Source: Bacteroidota bacterium (GTDB taxonomy: Bacteria; Bacteroidota; Bacteroidia; NS11-12g; UBA955). Taken from it: a DNA stretch of 64,000 nucleotides. This document shows positions 51,787 through 62,762 of this stretch, one piece after another. Position 1 is the stretch's first letter. Every line of letters starts with the position of its first letter. Position numbers and translations under genes: made by a program. The notes beneath the pieces are model-generated. The model saw nothing but the letters and a program-made list of their open reading frames with translations. It did no database searches and was not told the DNA's origin. Location of the stretch: NCBI GenBank assembly GCA_030682255.1, contig JAUXOK010000026.1, forward strand, positions 96,567 to 160,566. Direction: 5' to 3'.

Positions 51787-54024
51787 CTAAATCCCTAACG
51801 GACCATCGCTTGGTTTTCCGTATTCGTCTATTTCACCCTCTTCAAAATATTGACCACAATTCGTCTCTATAGAAAGTTCTTGTTCTGGTTTATCTATTGG
51901 ATCCAAACTGATTCCGAGAGATTTGTCTGCCTTTGCTTTTTTAATGAAATGAGCAAATATTGGCAATGCAGCATGAGCTCCTTGACCATAAGCTGTGCTT
52001 CTAAATCTAACTTTTCTACTGTCGCATCCTACCCAAGTAGCACAAACTAAATCTTTTGTAACCCCCATAAACCATCCATCGCTATTACTTTGTGTTGTAC
52101 CTGTTTTTCCTCCCACCCAACCTTCAACTTTGTATTTACTATGTAATCTTTGTCCGGTACCTCTTTTACAAACACCTTCTAACAATTGGCACATCACATA
52201 CGCTTTCTCTTCTGTCATTACTTGCCTAATAGTTTGTGGTGAAAATTCGGCTAAAATATTGCCATTTTTATCTTCAATTCTTGTAATATAAGTAGGTTCA
52301 ACCCAATAACCTTTATTTGCAAATGTTGAAAAGGCACCAGCCATATCAAAAGGCGAAATATCTGTAACACCCAAACAAATGGAAGGATAAGGCTCCATTT
52401 TGGCACTATCAATACCCATCTTACGAACAAATTCTATAACATTGTTTGGTGCATTTTCACCCATAGTATACATCAATTGAGCAACAATACAATTGGTTGA
52501 TGTAGCTAAGCCTCTAAACATATTCATGGTACCACCATATTTACCATCACTATTGCTAACTCTCCAATTGGGGTATGGGGGAGGTTGATTATCAAATTGC
52601 ATACAAGGATTCAACTTATTATCAATTGCTAGTGCGTATATAAATGGTTTAAATGTTGACCCTACTTGTCTACCTGAACTTTTATTAACATGATCGTATT
52701 TAAAAAAGGAATGATTGATACCTCCCACCCAAGCCTTCACCTGACCAGTAGTTGGTTGAACAGCTATGAATCCTGTATGCAAAAAACGTTTAAAATATTT
52801 GATAGAATCTAATGGGCTCATCATGGTGTCAATATCACCTTTCCAGCTAAACAAAGTCATTCTAGTTTTGGTTCTACAAACTTTCATTATAGCTGCCGTA
52901 TCTTTACCATATTGTTCTTTTAATAATCTATACCTATCACTTTTCTTTAACTCTTGAATGGGATATTGAGGTAACACATTCCAATCCTCATCTCGCCAAG
53001 GCTCTCTGCTGCCCCATGATTTATCAAACTGAACTTGCAATTCTGATAAATGTTGCCTAACCGATTCCTCAGCATACTGCTGCATCTTTGAATTAATGGT
53101 TGTATAAATTTTCAATCCATCTTTGTATAAATTATAACTTTCCCCATTGGGCTTTTTATTTTCTTTACACCATTTATTTAAATCTCTTTTTAACCATTCT
53201 CGGAAATAAACTGCGGGTCCAGTATTGTGATCTTGTTGTTGATAGTTCAATACGATAGGGTTTACTTTTAGTTTATCAAAATCCTCTTTAGATAATTTCT
53301 TATTTCTTAACATTTGACCTAATACCACATTGCGTCTTTTCATTGAATTATTAGGATTTCTTTTGGGATTAAATATTGTTATGGCTTTTAAAACACCTAC
53401 CAAAACTGCTGATTCTTCTATTTCTAGCTCAGATGGCATTTTGTTAAAAAACTCTTTTGATGCAGATTTTACACCAAATGAATTTCCAGAAAATTGCACA
53501 GTATTTAAATACATGGTAGCAATCTCCTCCTTTGTATACCTTCTTTCCAATTTAATAGCTATAACCCATTCTTTCAACTTCTGAATCAACCGAACAGGCA
53601 AGCTTGGACGAATACCATCGTCATAATGAAATAAATTTTTTGCCAATTGTTGTGTGATTGTACTTGCGCCACCTTTAGCACCAAGACCAATTAATGCCCC
53701 AATTAATCTTTTGGCGTCTATACCTGAATGGGTAAAAAACCTTTCATCTTCAGTAGAGATAAGAGCGTCAAACATAGAGGGAGCTATATCTTTATGAGCA
53801 ATATTAGAACGTTTTTGAATAAAATATTGTCCTAGCATAACGCCATCTTCACTATACAACTCACTGGCTAACGAACTTTTGGGATTTTCCAATTCCTCAA
53901 TATCTGGCATATAACCCAAAATCCCAAAATTTACTAAAACAAAAAATACAGGAATAAAGAGCAAACCAATGAAATAATATTTCCAAAATTTATTGATAAA
54001 AGAAGGTTTTGTGTTTTTTGTCAT
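51787..54024 (-). CDS. mrcA: penicillin-binding protein 1A (bifunctional glycosyltransferase/transpeptidase)
   Basis: N-terminal TM; GT51 motifs (EDERFFTHSGID, GASTITQQLAKN); transpeptidase SxxK (STFK) and KTGT motifs. Confidence 0.9.
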   Translation of the reverse strand: MTKNTKPSFINKFWKYYFIGLLFIPVFFVLVNFGILGYMPDIEELENPKSSLASELYSEDGVMLGQYFIQKRSNIAHKDIAPSMFDALISTEDERFFTHSGIDAKRLIGALIGLGAKGGASTITQQLAKNLFHYDDGIRPSLPVRLIQKLKEWVIAIKLERRYTKEEIATMYLNTVQFSGNSFGVKSASKEFFNKMPSELEIEESAVLVGVLKAITIFNPKRNPNNSMKRRNVVLGQMLRNKKLSKEDFDKLKVNPIVLNYQQQDHNTGPAVYFREWLKRDLNKWCKENKKPNGESYNLYKDGLKIYTTINSKMQQYAEESVRQHLSELQVQFDKSWGSREPWRDEDWNVLPQYPIQELKKSDRYRLLKEQYGKDTAAIMKVCRTKTRMTLFSWKGDIDTMMSPLDSIKYFKRFLHTGFIAVQPTTGQVKAWVGGINHSFFKYDHVNKSSGRQVGSTFKPFIYALAIDNKLNPCMQFDNQPPPYPNWRVSNSDGKYGGTMNMFRGLATSTNCIVAQLMYTMGENAPNNVIEFVRKMGIDSAKMEPYPSICLGVTDISPFDMAGAFSTFANKGYWVEPTYITRIEDKNGNILAEFSPQTIRQVMTEEKAYVMCQLLEGVCKRGTGQRLHSKYKVEGWVGGKTGTTQSNSDGWFMGVTKDLVCATWVGCDSRKVRFRSTAYGQGAHAALPIFAHFIKKAKADKSLGISLDPIDKPEQELSIETNCGQYFEEGEIDEYGKPSDGPLGI

Positions 54025-54034
54025 TGAGGGTTCT

Positions 54035-56593
54035 TTAGAGTTTACTATAATTTTTTGTATAAAAGGCTATATAATCATCTACTACTTTATCTAAAAGTAA
54101 TATCGAAAAATTTTCTTTACTAATGGCAAAATGAATTGGCTTATCATTGAGTTTTAATTCCTCAATAAACTTACCTTCATTTTCTATTTCTTTTAAATAT
54201 GAAATTAATACTTTCAAATCCTTAAAATTGTTTACAATTAAAACTTGGTATTTATCTCCAACCAATGAATTAGTAACCCTTAATTCATCTTTGGAATAAA
54301 AATTTTTATTCCTATTCAAAAATGCAATTTTCACCTTTGTAAAATCTACTGATTTAGGGATAAGCATGGCATAAAAGTGATTAGAGTTTTCATTGAAAGT
54401 ATATTTACTAACTGTAGTTTCTGTATCTACTATCTCACCATTTTTAATTTTAATCTTTTTAATGATATCTTCACTTTGTTTGGCTATAGGAGTTTCTGGG
54501 TAATTAGTAACAATGGCAGAAAGTTTTGATTCAAAGCCTTTCATTTCACCTAATTCGCCAGTACACAAAGCTTCCAAATAATCAAAATTTACTTGAAGAG
54601 GATTACCTGGAAATTTCAAATCTGTTTCTTGTTTTAATTTGATAGCTTGCGCAAAGCTTTTATTTTTGTACAATTGATAAACTTCTTTAAACTTATTATC
54701 AACTTCATCTGATGGCTTTTCTTGATTTGCAATTGTAGAATCATTCTTCTCTGAACGCATCAGTACACTTAAAAAATTGCTATTTGAATCCGATTTTTTA
54801 ATTAAATCAACATAATAATCGAATTTAGGAATATTACCTTGCTCTTTGTTAATTTTAGCTAAAAGATACCAAGAGTTTAGTTCATATTTACTTTTAGGAT
54901 ATAATTGATTCAACTCCTCAAGCATTTTCTTGGCTTTATCAATTTCTTTCAAATTCTGATAATAAACATTAGCTCCCAAAAAATAAGATTCTGAAATATC
55001 TTCTTTCATTTTATCTTTATCAGCTTTAGAGAAAGGTATTGCTTCGTAATACTTTTTTCGTTCATCATCAACGCCTTTCAATAATTTCTCCTTTTCTTCA
55101 CCTCCATAGTCATTTTCTGCTTGAGCATCATTCACTTCTTTCCAAACTGCACTTTTATTACTACTTATAGCCCAATAATCCATTAATTTCCTATTGCCCC
55201 AAATTCTCTGAAAATCTTGCAACCCTTTTGTTTTGGCTGTCATATTATAAAAAGGGAAATTAGTAGTTGTTACTACATTATTGTTTTGAATTTGAAAGTT
55301 TTGTTGGGTTTTTTGTATTTCTATTTGCCGTTGTTCCTCTAATTCTTTTTCTTTGGCTTGTTTAATTAATTTATCAATCGTTTTTTCTCTTAACTTCTCA
55401 TTATTGGACAATCTCAACAAACTGTCCTTTTCTTTAATATTAACCAAATGTTTAATGAGTTCATTTAAAACTAAATTTTTATCTTGAATAAACTTATAAT
55501 TTGGAAAATCTGGGCTCACTGTTCTAGCTGCACTGTCATAATAAACTTGAGCGTTTTCATAATCCTGTCTTTTAAAATACAAATCTGCTAAAGTTAGATA
55601 AACGGAGCTTTTAATCGAACTTATTGATTCCTTAGAACGCAGGGATTTAGAATAAGCTGCTATAGCTTCATTCTCGTTTTTATCAGATAATTCTAAATTA
55701 CCCAATTCGTAATAGATTTGATCAAAATAATCAATATTTTTATCATCACGAAGCATGTCTCTCAATAAATTTTTAGCTATTTTAATTTCATTTCTGTTTT
55801 TATAATTGATAGCTTTTACAATGTTTAATTTTGAATTGAAAGCAAAATCATAAACAGGGTTTAACTTTATAACTTTTCTAAATTTTTCAATTCCTTGTTG
55901 GTTGTTTTTAGTTAGTATATACAACTGAGCTAAAACGAAATTTGTTCTTACTTTTTGGTTTTTATTTTTAAGATGAGGAATTGCTCCTTCCAACAATTTA
56001 ATAGCAACTAAATATTTTTCCTGCAAAATATTGACACTAGCACCAGCAATATCCAATTGTGTTTGCAATTTTTTAGGGAAAGACTTTTTGGTTTTCAACT
56101 TTGTATACAATGCTTCGGCATCCTCAATTTTTCCTTGTTTGATGTATGTAGTAACGAGATTTATCTCCGCTTGATATGCAGCATAAGATTCTTTAAAATT
56201 AGCAGCAACATATTCGTAAACTTCTACAGCTGAATAAAAATCACCTTTAAAAAACCTAGCATCCCCCATCAAAAGATAACTGTCGTCTACCCATTTCGAA
56301 AAACTGTGTTTATCTATGATATGTGAACATTTTTTGATAGCCTCATCCATTTTAGACGCATTTCCTTTTAAGACATTTTCGTCAGGAAAGGGATAAAGTG
56401 ATAAAATATTTTTAAAATTATCTTTGTATCCAATCACCGCTTCCTCTCTTGCATCAGAAACTAATAAATTAGCGTTGTAGTAGTAATTATAATGAGACAC
56501 AGAGTTGTGCCAAGCTTTAGAAAACCAACTCTGAGCATTGGAATTAAAACACATTGAAAACAAAAACATCAATATAATTGATAGTCGAAACAT
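54035..56593 (-). CDS. large tetratricopeptide-repeat protein (852 aa); possibly SprE/PorW-like, not verified
   Basis: N-terminal signal sequence; TPR-like helical repeats throughout. Assignment to the SprE/PorW T9SS component is only by size, composition and genomic setting. Confidence 0.55.
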   Translation of the reverse strand: MFRLSIILMFLFSMCFNSNAQSWFSKAWHNSVSHYNYYYNANLLVSDAREEAVIGYKDNFKNILSLYPFPDENVLKGNASKMDEAIKKCSHIIDKHSFSKWVDDSYLLMGDARFFKGDFYSAVEVYEYVAANFKESYAAYQAEINLVTTYIKQGKIEDAEALYTKLKTKKSFPKKLQTQLDIAGASVNILQEKYLVAIKLLEGAIPHLKNKNQKVRTNFVLAQLYILTKNNQQGIEKFRKVIKLNPVYDFAFNSKLNIVKAINYKNRNEIKIAKNLLRDMLRDDKNIDYFDQIYYELGNLELSDKNENEAIAAYSKSLRSKESISSIKSSVYLTLADLYFKRQDYENAQVYYDSAARTVSPDFPNYKFIQDKNLVLNELIKHLVNIKEKDSLLRLSNNEKLREKTIDKLIKQAKEKELEEQRQIEIQKTQQNFQIQNNNVVTTTNFPFYNMTAKTKGLQDFQRIWGNRKLMDYWAISSNKSAVWKEVNDAQAENDYGGEEKEKLLKGVDDERKKYYEAIPFSKADKDKMKEDISESYFLGANVYYQNLKEIDKAKKMLEELNQLYPKSKYELNSWYLLAKINKEQGNIPKFDYYVDLIKKSDSNSNFLSVLMRSEKNDSTIANQEKPSDEVDNKFKEVYQLYKNKSFAQAIKLKQETDLKFPGNPLQVNFDYLEALCTGELGEMKGFESKLSAIVTNYPETPIAKQSEDIIKKIKIKNGEIVDTETTVSKYTFNENSNHFYAMLIPKSVDFTKVKIAFLNRNKNFYSKDELRVTNSLVGDKYQVLIVNNFKDLKVLISYLKEIENEGKFIEELKLNDKPIHFAISKENFSILLLDKVVDDYIAFYTKNYSKL

Positions 56594-56663
56594 TTTTTTT
56601 TACTTAATTATTTATTACTAACTTTGAAAACGCAAATTTATTGCTTGTTAACTAATTTTTTGC

Positions 56664-57575
56664 ATGGAAGAGAAACAAATTAAACGAAAAATTTTAAAAA
56701 GGCTCAAAAACAGGTATAGATTGTTTGTTATTAACGAAGTTAATTTCCAAGAAAAAGCATCTATTAGTCTCACTCCTTTCAATGTTTTATTAATTGCTTC
56801 TGCTGGTTTATTACTTTTTTCATTAATAAGTTGGGGTATTTTCACATTATTTCCGGGTGTAAAAAATTATTCCCCTGGATATTCAGAAGGATTTGATGGC
56901 AAAATGAAAAATGAAGTTTTTAACAAACTCTCAAAACTTGAATCCGAACTATACATTAACCAAAAAAGAGAATTAGCACTTAAACAAATCATTAATGGCA
57001 ATGAAATTACAGCTTTTGACATTCCATATAAAAGTGAAAAGAGCAGAAAAGTAGAATTAGCGATTAATGAAACTAAAGCAGATGGTTCAAGGGTTCAAGA
57101 TGCTGACCAAAAGATTAAAAAAGCTCAAAAGGAAGAATCAAAAGAAAATATTCAAAAACCAAGTAATGAAAACATTGAATTTGAGCAAATGACCGAAATA
57201 CCAACTAGAAATTATTTGTTCTTTTCGCCCGTAAAGGGACAAATTACCAAAGATTTTAATGCGAGAACATCTACAACCATAGAAATAATGCCTAATTCTG
57301 ACGAATCTGTTAAAGCTGTAATGGATGGCACAATAGTTTTTAAAGGCTGGACACCCCAATTCGGTTATGTTACTTCCATTCAACATTCCAATAATTGGCT
57401 CTCAACATATAAATTTAATATTTCTTTATTTAAAGAAGTAGGCGACTTTGTAAGTTCTGGTGAAACTATTGGCATGATTGGTTACATTTTACAAAAAGGA
57501 GAAACCAAAAAATTGGGATTTGAATTATGGAAAAATGGTATTGCTGTTAATCCTAAGAATTTCATAGTTTTTTAA
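56664..57575 (+). CDS. membrane-anchored M23/LytM-domain protein, catalytic motifs degenerate (EnvC/NlpD-like activator type)
   Basis: One TM helix, a coiled-coil region, and a C-terminal LytM-like domain in which the canonical HxxxD and HLHFE motifs are replaced (TIEIMPNSD; KLGFELWKNGIAVNP). Confidence 0.6.
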   Translation: MEEKQIKRKILKRLKNRYRLFVINEVNFQEKASISLTPFNVLLIASAGLLLFSLISWGIFTLFPGVKNYSPGYSEGFDGKMKNEVFNKLSKLESELYINQKRELALKQIINGNEITAFDIPYKSEKSRKVELAINETKADGSRVQDADQKIKKAQKEESKENIQKPSNENIEFEQMTEIPTRNYLFFSPVKGQITKDFNARTSTTIEIMPNSDESVKAVMDGTIVFKGWTPQFGYVTSIQHSNNWLSTYKFNISLFKEVGDFVSSGETIGMIGYILQKGETKKLGFELWKNGIAVNPKNFIVF

Positions 57576-57588
57576 TAATATTGCACCT

Positions 57589-57981
57589 ATGTTGAATAAG
57601 AATACAAAAAATGATCAAACACAAAACTCTGCTTTGAATATGATAGGTGTTGGAACCGTCATCAATGGTGATATTAGTTCAGAAGGAGATATTAGAATAG
57701 ATGGCATCATTGAAGGCAAAGTTATTTCTAAATCTAAAATCGCTATGGGAATAAGCGCTACTATCAAAGGCGATGTAAATGCCAGGAGTGCTGATATTTC
57801 AGGTAAAATAGTTGGAGACATTGAAATTACAGAAACACTTTATCTTAGAGCTAGTTCAAAAATAACAGGCAATATCAAAACTAATAAATTAGTTATCGAA
57901 AGTGGATCTGAATTTAATGGTACCTGTATGATGAATTTTTCTTCCCAAAAAACATCTACATCCTCCTCTATTGAAAAATAA
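57589..57981 (+). CDS. bactofilin (CcmA-like polymer-forming cytoskeletal protein)
   Basis: Repetitive beta-helix pattern IxGxIxGDI..EGDIRIDGIIEGKV...GDVNARSADISGKIVGDIEI. Confidence 0.85.
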   Translation: MLNKNTKNDQTQNSALNMIGVGTVINGDISSEGDIRIDGIIEGKVISKSKIAMGISATIKGDVNARSADISGKIVGDIEITETLYLRASSKITGNIKTNKLVIESGSEFNGTCMMNFSSQKTSTSSSIEK

Positions 57982-58174
57982 AAGCAAATACAATGATTAT
58001 ATTAAATATTCTAGCATGGGAATACAAATGGTAGGCATTATTATTGGATTAACTTTTTTGGGCAAATTTTTAGATAAAGTATTTAATTTTTCTATTCCAT
58101 TTTTAACTATTGTAGGCATATTAATTGGCTTGATGGGAGCCATGTATTTCATGATTTCAACATTAAAAAAATAA
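57971..58174 (+). CDS. AtpZ/AtpI-family small membrane protein at the head of the ATP synthase operon
   Basis: 67 aa, two TM helices, immediately upstream of the atp genes. Confidence 0.6.
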   Translation: MKNKSKYNDYIKYSSMGIQMVGIIIGLTFLGKFLDKVFNFSIPFLTIVGILIGLMGAMYFMISTLKK

Positions 58175-58175
58175 C

Positions 58176-58601
58176 ATGAGCAACCTTTTAATTATACCAA
58201 AACACATCTCTACTTATATTATTATCTTGTTGAGTTTTTCAATAATAAGTGCATTTTCATTTATCTCAGTCACAACATTCGACTACTTTTCGATAGTTAT
58301 TTTCAATTCTCTTGTCTGTGTTTCTTTTTGCATTGGAACTGATTTTATATTCAGATTTATTAAAAATAAAAGTCAAGCTAAATTTAATGCTGCATTTTTT
58401 GGAGTTACAGGATTAAGAATGATTTTAATCATTTTATTAATAGTTATCTATCTGATTTTCAGAACACCAGTTAACAAACCCGGTATTATTTTTATGATTT
58501 GTTCATATTTTATCTACATGGGTTTTGAAATTCGATTTATCCTTCATAAATTGCGCCCCGATTTACAAAATCAAAAAGCCAACGAAAATGCCCGAAAATA
58601 A
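58176..58601 (+). CDS. hypothetical polytopic membrane protein within the atp operon
   Basis: 141 aa, 3-4 hydrophobic segments; no motif recognised. Confidence 0.4.
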   Translation: MSNLLIIPKHISTYIIILLSFSIISAFSFISVTTFDYFSIVIFNSLVCVSFCIGTDFIFRFIKNKSQAKFNAAFFGVTGLRMILIILLIVIYLIFRTPVNKPGIIFMICSYFIYMGFEIRFILHKLRPDLQNQKANENARK

Positions 58602-59730
58602 AGGAGTTTCTATTTTAACAATTTTTAAGATTATATCTTTTTCTGTCATCTTTTTGATGTTTCAACAGAATAATGCTTTCGCAAACCATGCAGAATCAGC
58701 AGAACAACACAACGAACATGAAACATCATCTGGTAAATTTAAACCAGGTGAAATGATTCTTGATCACGTTAAAGATGCACATGATTGGCATCTTTGGGAT
58801 TGGAAAGGACATGCTGTTAGCATCCCATTACCTATCATACTGTTTGATAACGGGTTACACATTTTTTCATCCTCAAAATTTGAACATGGACATGCCGTTG
58901 TAGAAAAAGCTGGTAATTTTTATGCTTTACATCATGGTCATATCTACAAAACGAATGAACATGGTACCATCGAAATGGGTGAAAAAAATGCAGTTTTGAA
59001 TGCACAACCATTGGATTTTTCTATTACTAAAAATGTATTTGCTTTAATAATTGCATCAATTATTATATTATTTATTTTCCTAAGTATTGCTAAATCATAC
59101 AAAACGAGAGGCAAATCCGCTCCAAAAGGGTTGCAGTCTCTAATAGAGCCAATTATCGTTTTTATTCGAGATGAAGTCGTTAAACCATCAGTTGGTCATC
59201 ACTATGAAAAATTCTTACCTTTATTATTAACCATATTTTTCTTTATATTCATTAATAACTTAATGGGATTGATACCAATTTTCCCATTCGGTGCTAACGT
59301 TACTGGAAATATTGCAGTAACGTTAGTATTGTCAATTGTTGTATTCTTAGTAGTTAGTTTTAATGGCAATAAACATTATTGGAAACATATTTTCATGCCA
59401 GATGTGCCACCAGCATTGTGGGTACTTTTAATCCCTATCGAAATTTTAGGAGTTGTATTAAAACCATTTGTATTGATGCTGCGTTTGTTTGCTAATATCA
59501 CAGCTGGACACATTATCATACTTGGTTTCTTCAGTTTGATTTTCATTTTTGGAGAAAAAAGTCCTATTGCAGGCGGTGGAACTGCTATTTTTTCAGTAGC
59601 ATTTACGTTATTCATGAGTGTATTAGAATTGCTAGTTGCATTTTTACAAGCTTATGTATTTACTTTATTAGCCTCATTGTATATTGGTTCGGCTACAGAA
59701 GAACACCATCATTCAGAAGAACATCATTAA
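58588..59730 (+). CDS. atpB: F0F1 ATP synthase subunit a (with an extended His-rich N-terminal region and a His-rich C-terminal tail)
   Basis: Conserved subunit-a helix motifs (LRLFANITAGH). Track ORF starts at 58525; the ATG at 58588 is preferred. C-terminus ends ...ATEEHHHSEEHH. Confidence 0.85.
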   Translation: MPENKGVSILTIFKIISFSVIFLMFQQNNAFANHAESAEQHNEHETSSGKFKPGEMILDHVKDAHDWHLWDWKGHAVSIPLPIILFDNGLHIFSSSKFEHGHAVVEKAGNFYALHHGHIYKTNEHGTIEMGEKNAVLNAQPLDFSITKNVFALIIASIIILFIFLSIAKSYKTRGKSAPKGLQSLIEPIIVFIRDEVVKPSVGHHYEKFLPLLLTIFFFIFINNLMGLIPIFPFGANVTGNIAVTLVLSIVVFLVVSFNGNKHYWKHIFMPDVPPALWVLLIPIEILGVVLKPFVLMLRLFANITAGHIIILGFFSLIFIFGEKSPIAGGGTAIFSVAFTLFMSVLELLVAFLQAYVFTLLASLYIGSATEEHHHSEEHH

Positions 59731-59741
59731 TTTAAAAATAA

Positions 59742-60020
<279 letters not shown>

Positions 60021-60046
60021 TAATATCAGAACCTTAAATTCACAAA

Positions 60047-60073
60047 CAAGGGGCTTCAAAACCCCTTGTTTTT
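60047..60073 (+). terminator. intra-operon hairpin/attenuator between atpE and atpF
   Basis: CAAGGGGcttcaaaaCCCCTTG followed by TTTTT. Confidence 0.5.
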
Positions 60074-60096
60074 AAAAAAACATTAAAAAAGAAAAA

Positions 60097-60603
60097 ATGG
60101 AACTCGTATTACCCGGTATAGGTCTAACGTTTTGGATGGTTATAGTCTTTGGACTATTAATGATTTTATTGAAAAAATTTGCTTGGAAACCAATTCTAAG
60201 TGCATTAAAAGATAGAGAAAGTTCTATCGAAGAAGCTTTAAAATCAGCTGAATTGGCAAAAGAACAATTGAGTAAATTGAAAAGCGACAACGAAGCTTTG
60301 TATAAACAAGCTAGAGAAGAAAGAGAAGAAATCCTTAAAGAAGCTAAACAGATGAAAGAAAATATCATCGGTGAAGCTAAAAAGTCGGCTGAAGAAGAAG
60401 GTAAAAAAATGATTTTGAAAGCAACTGAAGAAATCAATAAACAAAAAGCTTCTGCCATTGCTGAGTTAAAAGGTCAAGTTGCTTCATTATCTGTAGAAAT
60501 TGCTGAAAAATTAATCGGCAATCAATTATCGGACAATGAACAACAAAAAACGATCATTGCAACTCAAATTAATTTATTAAAAAATCAACAAGCTAACGCT
60601 TAA
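60097..60603 (+). CDS. atpF: F0F1 ATP synthase subunit b
   Basis: N-terminal TM helix followed by a long charged coiled coil. Confidence 0.9.
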   Translation: MELVLPGIGLTFWMVIVFGLLMILLKKFAWKPILSALKDRESSIEEALKSAELAKEQLSKLKSDNEALYKQAREEREEILKEAKQMKENIIGEAKKSAEEEGKKMILKATEEINKQKASAIAELKGQVASLSVEIAEKLIGNQLSDNEQQKTIIATQINLLKNQQANA

Positions 60604-60613
60604 AAATTTATAA

Positions 60614-61153
60614 ATGTCAGATATAAAAATTGCAAATAGATATGCCTCAGCTTTGTTTCAGCAAGCAATTGCAGAAAACACATTAGATGTAATTGTAAAA
60701 GACATGAACACAATTTCAAATACTTGCAGAAATAGCAAAGATTTGTTAAATATTCTATCTAATCCAATTGTTAAAACATCTGAAAAGTTGAATGCATTAA
60801 AACTAATTTTTGCTTCATCCAATCCAATCGTTTTAAATTTCATTGAATTGATTTGTTCAAAAAACAGAGAGAATTTAATATTAGACATTGCTGATAGCTT
60901 CTCAAGCTTATACAGACAACACCTTGGCATCGAAAGAGTCATGGTTACATCTGCTATAGCACTTGATGAAACAACACAAAACAGCATCAAAAATTTTGTG
61001 AAAGAAAAAACAGGTTCTAAAGAAATTGAACTTCATACCCAAATCCAAGCAGACATTATTGGTGGCTTGGTCATTAAATTTGGCGACAATCTGCTCGACA
61101 CGAGTATTGCAGCACAAATTAGAAATTTAAAGAAAGAATTAAACATAGCTTAA
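60614..61153 (+). CDS. atpH: F0F1 ATP synthase subunit delta
   Basis: Position between atpF and atpA; OSCP-like N-terminus [10 protein letters not shown]. Confidence 0.85.
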   Translation: MSDIKIANRYASALFQQAIAENTLDVIVKDMNTISNTCRNSKDLLNILSNPIVKTSEKLNALKLIFASSNPIVLNFIELICSKNRENLILDIADSFSSLYRQHLGIERVMVTSAIALDETTQNSIKNFVKEKTGSKEIELHTQIQADIIGGLVIKFGDNLLDTSIAAQIRNLKKELNIA

Positions 61154-61172
61154 AAATAAAAAAAATATAATC

Positions 61173-62753
61173 ATGGCAGAAATAAGACCTGATGAAGTTT
61201 CAGCAATATTGAAACAACAAATAAAAAACTTCAAAACAGAAGCTGAATTAGAACAAGTAGGAACCGTTCTTCAAGTAGGTGACGGTATCGCTCGTATTCA
61301 TGGATTAATACAAGTTCAATCTGGAGAGTTGATTGAATTTGAAAATGGTATGAAAGCCATTGTTTTGAATTTGGAGGAAGACAATATTGGTGCGGTATTA
61401 TTTGGAAGTAGCACACTTGTAAAAGAAGGTGATACTGTAAGAAGAACTGGTAAAATTGCATCTATCAATGTTGGTGAAAGCATGTTAGGTCGTGTTATCA
61501 ATACATTGGGAGAACCAATTGATGGCAAAGGTGCCTTAACGGGTGATTTATATGAAATGCCATTAGAGCGTAAAGCTCCAGGTGTATTATTTAGAGAACC
61601 GGTAAAAGAACCACTACAAACGGGTATCAAAGCTATTGATGCGATGATTCCAATTGGAAGAGGACAAAGGGAGTTAATTATCGGAGACAGACAAACTGGT
61701 AAAACAGCTGTTGCCATTGATACAATCATCAATCAAAAAGAATTTTACGCAAAAGGCAAACCTGTATATTGTATCTATGTTGCTGTTGGGCAAAAAGAAT
61801 CTACAGTTAAACAAGTTGTAAAAACTTTGGAAGAAAAAGGTGCAATGCCATACACGGTTGTAGTATCTGCTCCATCTTCTGCTCCTGCTCCATTGCAATT
61901 CTTTGCGCCTATGGCTGGTGCTGCAATTGGTGAGTTTTTCAGAGACAGAGGATTGCCAGCATTGATTGTTTATGATGATTTATCTAAACAAGCTGTTGCA
62001 TATCGTGAGGTTTCTTTGTTATTAAGAAGACCACCAGGACGTGAGGCTTATCCAGGAGACGTGTTTTACTTACATAGCCGTTTGTTAGAAAGAGCTTGTA
62101 AATTAAATGCTTCTGACGCTATTACACAAAACATGAACGATTTACCACCATCGTTAAAAGGTTTGGTAAAAGGTGGCGGTTCTTTAACAGCACTACCAAT
62201 TATCGAAACTCAAGCTGGTGACGTTTCTGCCTATATTCCAACTAACGTAATTTCGATTACAGATGGTCAGATTTTCTTGGAATCTAATTTATTCAACAGT
62301 GGTATCAGACCAGCTATCAACGTAGGTATTTCTGTATCACGTGTGGGTGGTAATGCGCAAATCAAATCAATGAAAAAAGTGTCTGGTACATTGAAACTTG
62401 ACCAAGCACAATACAGAGAATTGGAAGCATTTGCTAAATTTGGTTCTGACTTAGATTCTGCTACTAAATCGGTATTGGAAAAAGGTTCTAGAAACGTGGA
62501 AATATTGAAACAAGGTCAATACTCTCCACAAAGAGTAGATCAACAAACAGCTATCATTTATTTAGGTACTAAAGGTGCATTAAACAGTATTCCAGTTAAT
62601 AAAGTAAAAGCATTTGAAGTTGAATTTTTAGAAGTATTAGAAAGTAAACACAAAGATTTGTTAAATAGTTTAGCAGCTGGTAAAATTGATGATGCTATCA
62701 CTTCTGAATTAGAGGCTGTTGGAAAATCAGTAGCGGCTAACTACCAAGCATAA
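61173..62753 (+). CDS. atpA: F0F1 ATP synthase subunit alpha
   Basis: Walker [10 protein letters not shown] and a highly conserved alpha-subunit sequence. Confidence 0.97.
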   Translation: MAEIRPDEVSAILKQQIKNFKTEAELEQVGTVLQVGDGIARIHGLIQVQSGELIEFENGMKAIVLNLEEDNIGAVLFGSSTLVKEGDTVRRTGKIASINVGESMLGRVINTLGEPIDGKGALTGDLYEMPLERKAPGVLFREPVKEPLQTGIKAIDAMIPIGRGQRELIIGDRQTGKTAVAIDTIINQKEFYAKGKPVYCIYVAVGQKESTVKQVVKTLEEKGAMPYTVVVSAPSSAPAPLQFFAPMAGAAIGEFFRDRGLPALIVYDDLSKQAVAYREVSLLLRRPPGREAYPGDVFYLHSRLLERACKLNASDAITQNMNDLPPSLKGLVKGGGSLTALPIIETQAGDVSAYIPTNVISITDGQIFLESNLFNSGIRPAINVGISVSRVGGNAQIKSMKKVSGTLKLDQAQYRELEAFAKFGSDLDSATKSVLEKGSRNVEILKQGQYSPQRVDQQTAIIYLGTKGALNSIPVNKVKAFEVEFLEVLESKHKDLLNSLAAGKIDDAITSELEAVGKSVAANYQA

Positions 62754-62762
62754 TTATAAAAA

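Noticed and set aside
58525-58587. Upstream alternative start for atpB (track ORF starts at 58525)
   Set aside because: That start would overlap the preceding membrane-protein gene by 77 nt. The ATG at 58588 gives a short 14-nt overlap typical of atp operons, but this is not proven.
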